A DNA stretch of 56,755 nt, from positions 1 to 56,755 of IMG/VR virus record IMGVR_UViG_3300020442_002198; one strand, 5' to 3'. Every line of letters starts with the position of its first letter. Within the stretch, counting starts at the first letter, position 1. The stretch comes from a virus. Taxonomy: Duplodnaviria; Caudoviricetes. Below, in pieces: positions 54,390 through 56,755 of this stretch. The notes below the pieces were generated by a model. The model had not been told where the DNA came from. It was given only the letters and a program-made list of their open reading frames with translations, and made no database searches. The position numbers and the translations under genes were made by a program.

Positions 54390-56755
54390 TTATCCTAAAC
54401 TTATTGCCAAACTAATAGCTAAATCCTCTGCGTCTGCGAAGCTAATGCCTCCTGATGTACCAACCACAGACCCCCAACTTGCACCATCATAAACTTCTAC
54501 TCTTCCATCTGCTGTATTCCAACGTATCATACCTTCTTCAGCGTAAGCTGCACCAGGTTTGTTAGTGTTGTCACCTACCGGAATAACCAGTCCGTATGTG
54601 CCAGCAAATTTTACATAACCATTGTTTGTGTTTCTAAATTCTGTTACACTATCTGAAACAAGATTTGTAATTTGGTTGCCGTTAAACCCAAAGTTAGAAA
54701 ATTTTACCTGTCCTGTACCTTGTGCATCAAGTTCTAAGTCTGTGTCTGTTGTAACAGTACTTATCCTATTTCCATCTATCTCTATATCATCTACGGCCAA
54801 TTTACCAACCTGTAACCTGTCTTTTGTTAAATTAGCTACTGCACTATTTTGAATTATAAATCTTATAGTATCATCGTTTGCACCAGGAGTCAGTTCAGGT
54901 GTAATTTTTGTATCACCATCTAAATCTTCAAGACCTGTAAATTTATTCCAATTTGTTCCATCATATCCTTCGAAACTGTTAGTTTCGGAATTGAATCTCA
55001 TTTGTCCACTTGCAGGAGTTGGCCTTTGTGCTGTTGTACCTACAGGTAATTTCATAGCACCTGTTGCATTTACATTTACATTTCCATCATCTGGTGCTAA
55101 AGTTAGATCTCCAGTTGTTGTAGATATAGTTGTAAAATTAATTCTTATGTCATCGTTGAGAACAATATCTCCATTACCAGAAGTTCTAAATTCTAAATCT
55201 GCATTGCTTACTGTTGTACCAATATTATTACCAACTATTAATATGCTATCTGTTGAAAATGCTGTGGCAGAAATTTCTCCTGTTGCGCCTGATGCACTAG
55301 CAACAAATAAATTACCAACTACTTCTAAATTATTGCTGATTACCACATCATTATCTGGTATAAGTATTCTACCTGTTCCGCTTGCACGTAATTCCATGTC
55401 CGCGTTTGTTGTAGTTGTAGTAATAACATTATTTTCTATTTTTATTTCATCAAATTGTGCCGCTTGATTTACATTTAAATCTTGTGTGACTGTGGCATTT
55501 CCTGTAACATTTAAATTACCAGTTTGTGTACTGTTGCCTGTAATGGTAGTATTTCCGTTGATTACTAAGTTGCTTAAAGTAGTTGTGCCTGATACAGTAA
55601 GATCGTTATCTATTTGAACATTATTACTTGGTACTTTAATTTTGCCAGTTCCATTGGCCCTTAGTTCTAAATCTGCGTTACTTACAGTCGTTCTAATTAC
55701 ATTCGTATCTATTTCAAAATCATCAAGATACATTCTACCAACAAACAAATTACTCCATGTATCTGTAGATGTTCCTAATGAATATTTGTTAGTTACCGCT
55801 GGAAGTAAATCACTGTCTATGCCAGCAACAAATTGAATACTGTCATTAGAACTATCACCGAATGTTATGTTGCCGCCTATAGTAACATCGCCGCTTACAT
55901 CTAGATTACCTGTTATATCAACATCATCTACAAATTGGATTTGATCATTTGATGCGTCAAAAATAATATTTCCACTAGTACTTGATATTGTATTTCCGCT
56001 GAATCTTAAATTACCTGTATCAATTCTATCACCTGTTATAATAGTGTTGTTGCCGCCGGTTGAAAATGTAAGTCCACTATTTGTATTAATATTGAAATTA
56101 GCACTTGTAAATGTTACAGTACCGTCATCTTGATTTACATGGAATAAATCTCCAACTCTAAAATCACCCTTGTGATCTACACTGTTAAATCTAACTTTAG
56201 CACCATTTAATTGTGTTACTTCTTGTGTTTGTATAACATTTCCGGGATCATTTTCTTCACCTGCACCTGTGCCAATATACCCTAAATTGTGTCCAATAGC
56301 ATACATTATCACACCAGGTCCGTCACCATAAAGACCAAAATTACCATATACGCTTGCAGAACCTATGCTACGTATTTCAGCACCAAAATCAGTATAGTCA
56401 ACAAGCGTAAATCCTTCTGATGTTGCACCTCCACTAAATCTAATATCTTGTGAAATAGTTGCGTCATCAGTGAATGTAGTCCCTCCATTAGAGCCATCAA
56501 ATCTTGCCATTAGCACAGTTTGCGGAGTGACAATGTGTTGGCTAGTAGGTGCAGAAAATGCAGTTTGATAAACGGTTGCTCCTTTAATTACCCTAAAGTC
56601 ATCAATATAACCATCTGTTGCATCAGACCCGTCATATGCCGCTCCGATCACTAAAGGCTTAATATTTCCGTAATCAAAATTATCTGTGTAGGTAGAACCT
56701 ACTTGTGTGCCGTCTACCCAAAGTTTTGTGTCTGTGCCGGCTTTATCTATAGCTA
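54390..56755 (-). CDS. Long tail fibre protein, 5'-truncated, with LamG/concanavalin-like domain and beta repeats
   Basis: Frame is open to the right edge (…TKLWVDGTQVG…LVIGA…GYIDDFRVIKG); repeated N.I.TT.SNADLE.RA.GTG units; LPVGTTAQRP modules. Confidence 0.75.
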   Translation of the reverse strand, partial: AIDKAGTDTKLWVDGTQVGSTYTDNFDYGNIKPLVIGAAYDGSDATDGYIDDFRVIKGATVYQTAFSAPTSQHIVTPQTVLMARFDGSNGGTTFTDDATISQDIRFSGGATSEGFTLVDYTDFGAEIRSIGSASVYGNFGLYGDGPGVIMYAIGHNLGYIGTGAGEENDPGNVIQTQEVTQLNGAKVRFNSVDHKGDFRVGDLFHVNQDDGTVTFTSANFNINTNSGLTFSTGGNNTIITGDRIDTGNLRFSGNTISSTSGNIIFDASNDQIQFVDDVDITGNLDVSGDVTIGGNITFGDSSNDSIQFVAGIDSDLLPAVTNKYSLGTSTDTWSNLFVGRMYLDDFEIDTNVIRTTVSNADLELRANGTGKIKVPSNNVQIDNDLTVSGTTTLSNLVINGNTTITGNSTQTGNLNVTGNATVTQDLNVNQAAQFDEIKIENNVITTTTTNADMELRASGTGRILIPDNDVVISNNLEVVGNLFVASASGATGEISATAFSTDSILIVGNNIGTTVSNADLEFRTSGNGDIVLNDDIRINFTTISTTTGDLTLAPDDGNVNVNATGAMKLPVGTTAQRPTPASGQMRFNSETNSFEGYDGTNWNKFTGLEDLDGDTKITPELTPGANDDTIRFIIQNSAVANLTKDRLQVGKLAVDDIEIDGNRISTVTTDTDLELDAQGTGQVKFSNFGFNGNQITNLVSDSVTEFRNTNNGYVKFAGTYGLVIPVGDNTNKPGAAYAEEGMIRWNTADGRVEVYDGASWGSVVGTSGGISFADAEDLAISLAISLG

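Noticed and set aside
1407-55836. The many 60-190 aa ORFs antisense or out of frame to long genes (e.g. 4854..5099, 10741..11079, 40963..41382, 49497..50063, 54991..55467)
   Set aside because: They lie within well-supported genes, lack RBS or promoter signals and show the composition of shadow frames.
1-56755. Stop-codon reassignment, CRISPR array or tRNA genes
   Set aside because: The standard code gives full-length genes ending in TAA, TAG and TGA with near-complete coding density; intergenic gaps are short, and I saw no repeat-spacer array or cloverleaf by eye.

Overview
AT-rich fragment of a large T4-like (contractile-tailed) bacteriophage genome, probably from an aquatic, uncultured lineage. 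The host cannot be determined from this window. Almost all genes are on the minus strand. From left to right: a glycosyltransferase fusion and a nucleotidyltransferase-cupin; recombination/replication genes (UvsY, UvsX, gp32); putative protease-processed internal head proteins flanking the large terminase; gp16-like, gp4, a tube-initiator-like gene, tail tube and a very large tail sheath; an HNH-like gene and dNMP kinase; divergent neck genes gp13 and gp14-gp15; a Nudix gene; a cupredoxin-domain fibre. Next comes a ~9.6 kb enzyme operon (GT9-like transferase, four Fe/2OG-type oxygenases, carbamoyltransferase, flavin-dependent halogenase, HldE, cupin, GmhB, HldD), then three tandem Cys/Gly-rich adhesin-like paralogs with a chaperone and several giant tail-fibre proteins. 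The main hypothesis is a phage-encoded virion-decoration system: an ADP-heptose pathway plus GT9 and tailoring enzymes, embedded among fibre genes whose products carry a strongly repeated, independently encoded D-D-S-T motif (candidate glycosylation sequon). Other notable points are an annexin-like repeat with a peptidoglycan-binding domain in a putative ejected head polyprotein, T4-type late promoters placed to give leaderless mRNAs, and a structured RNA element upstream of uvsX. All protein calls come from motif recognition by eye; no database search was run.
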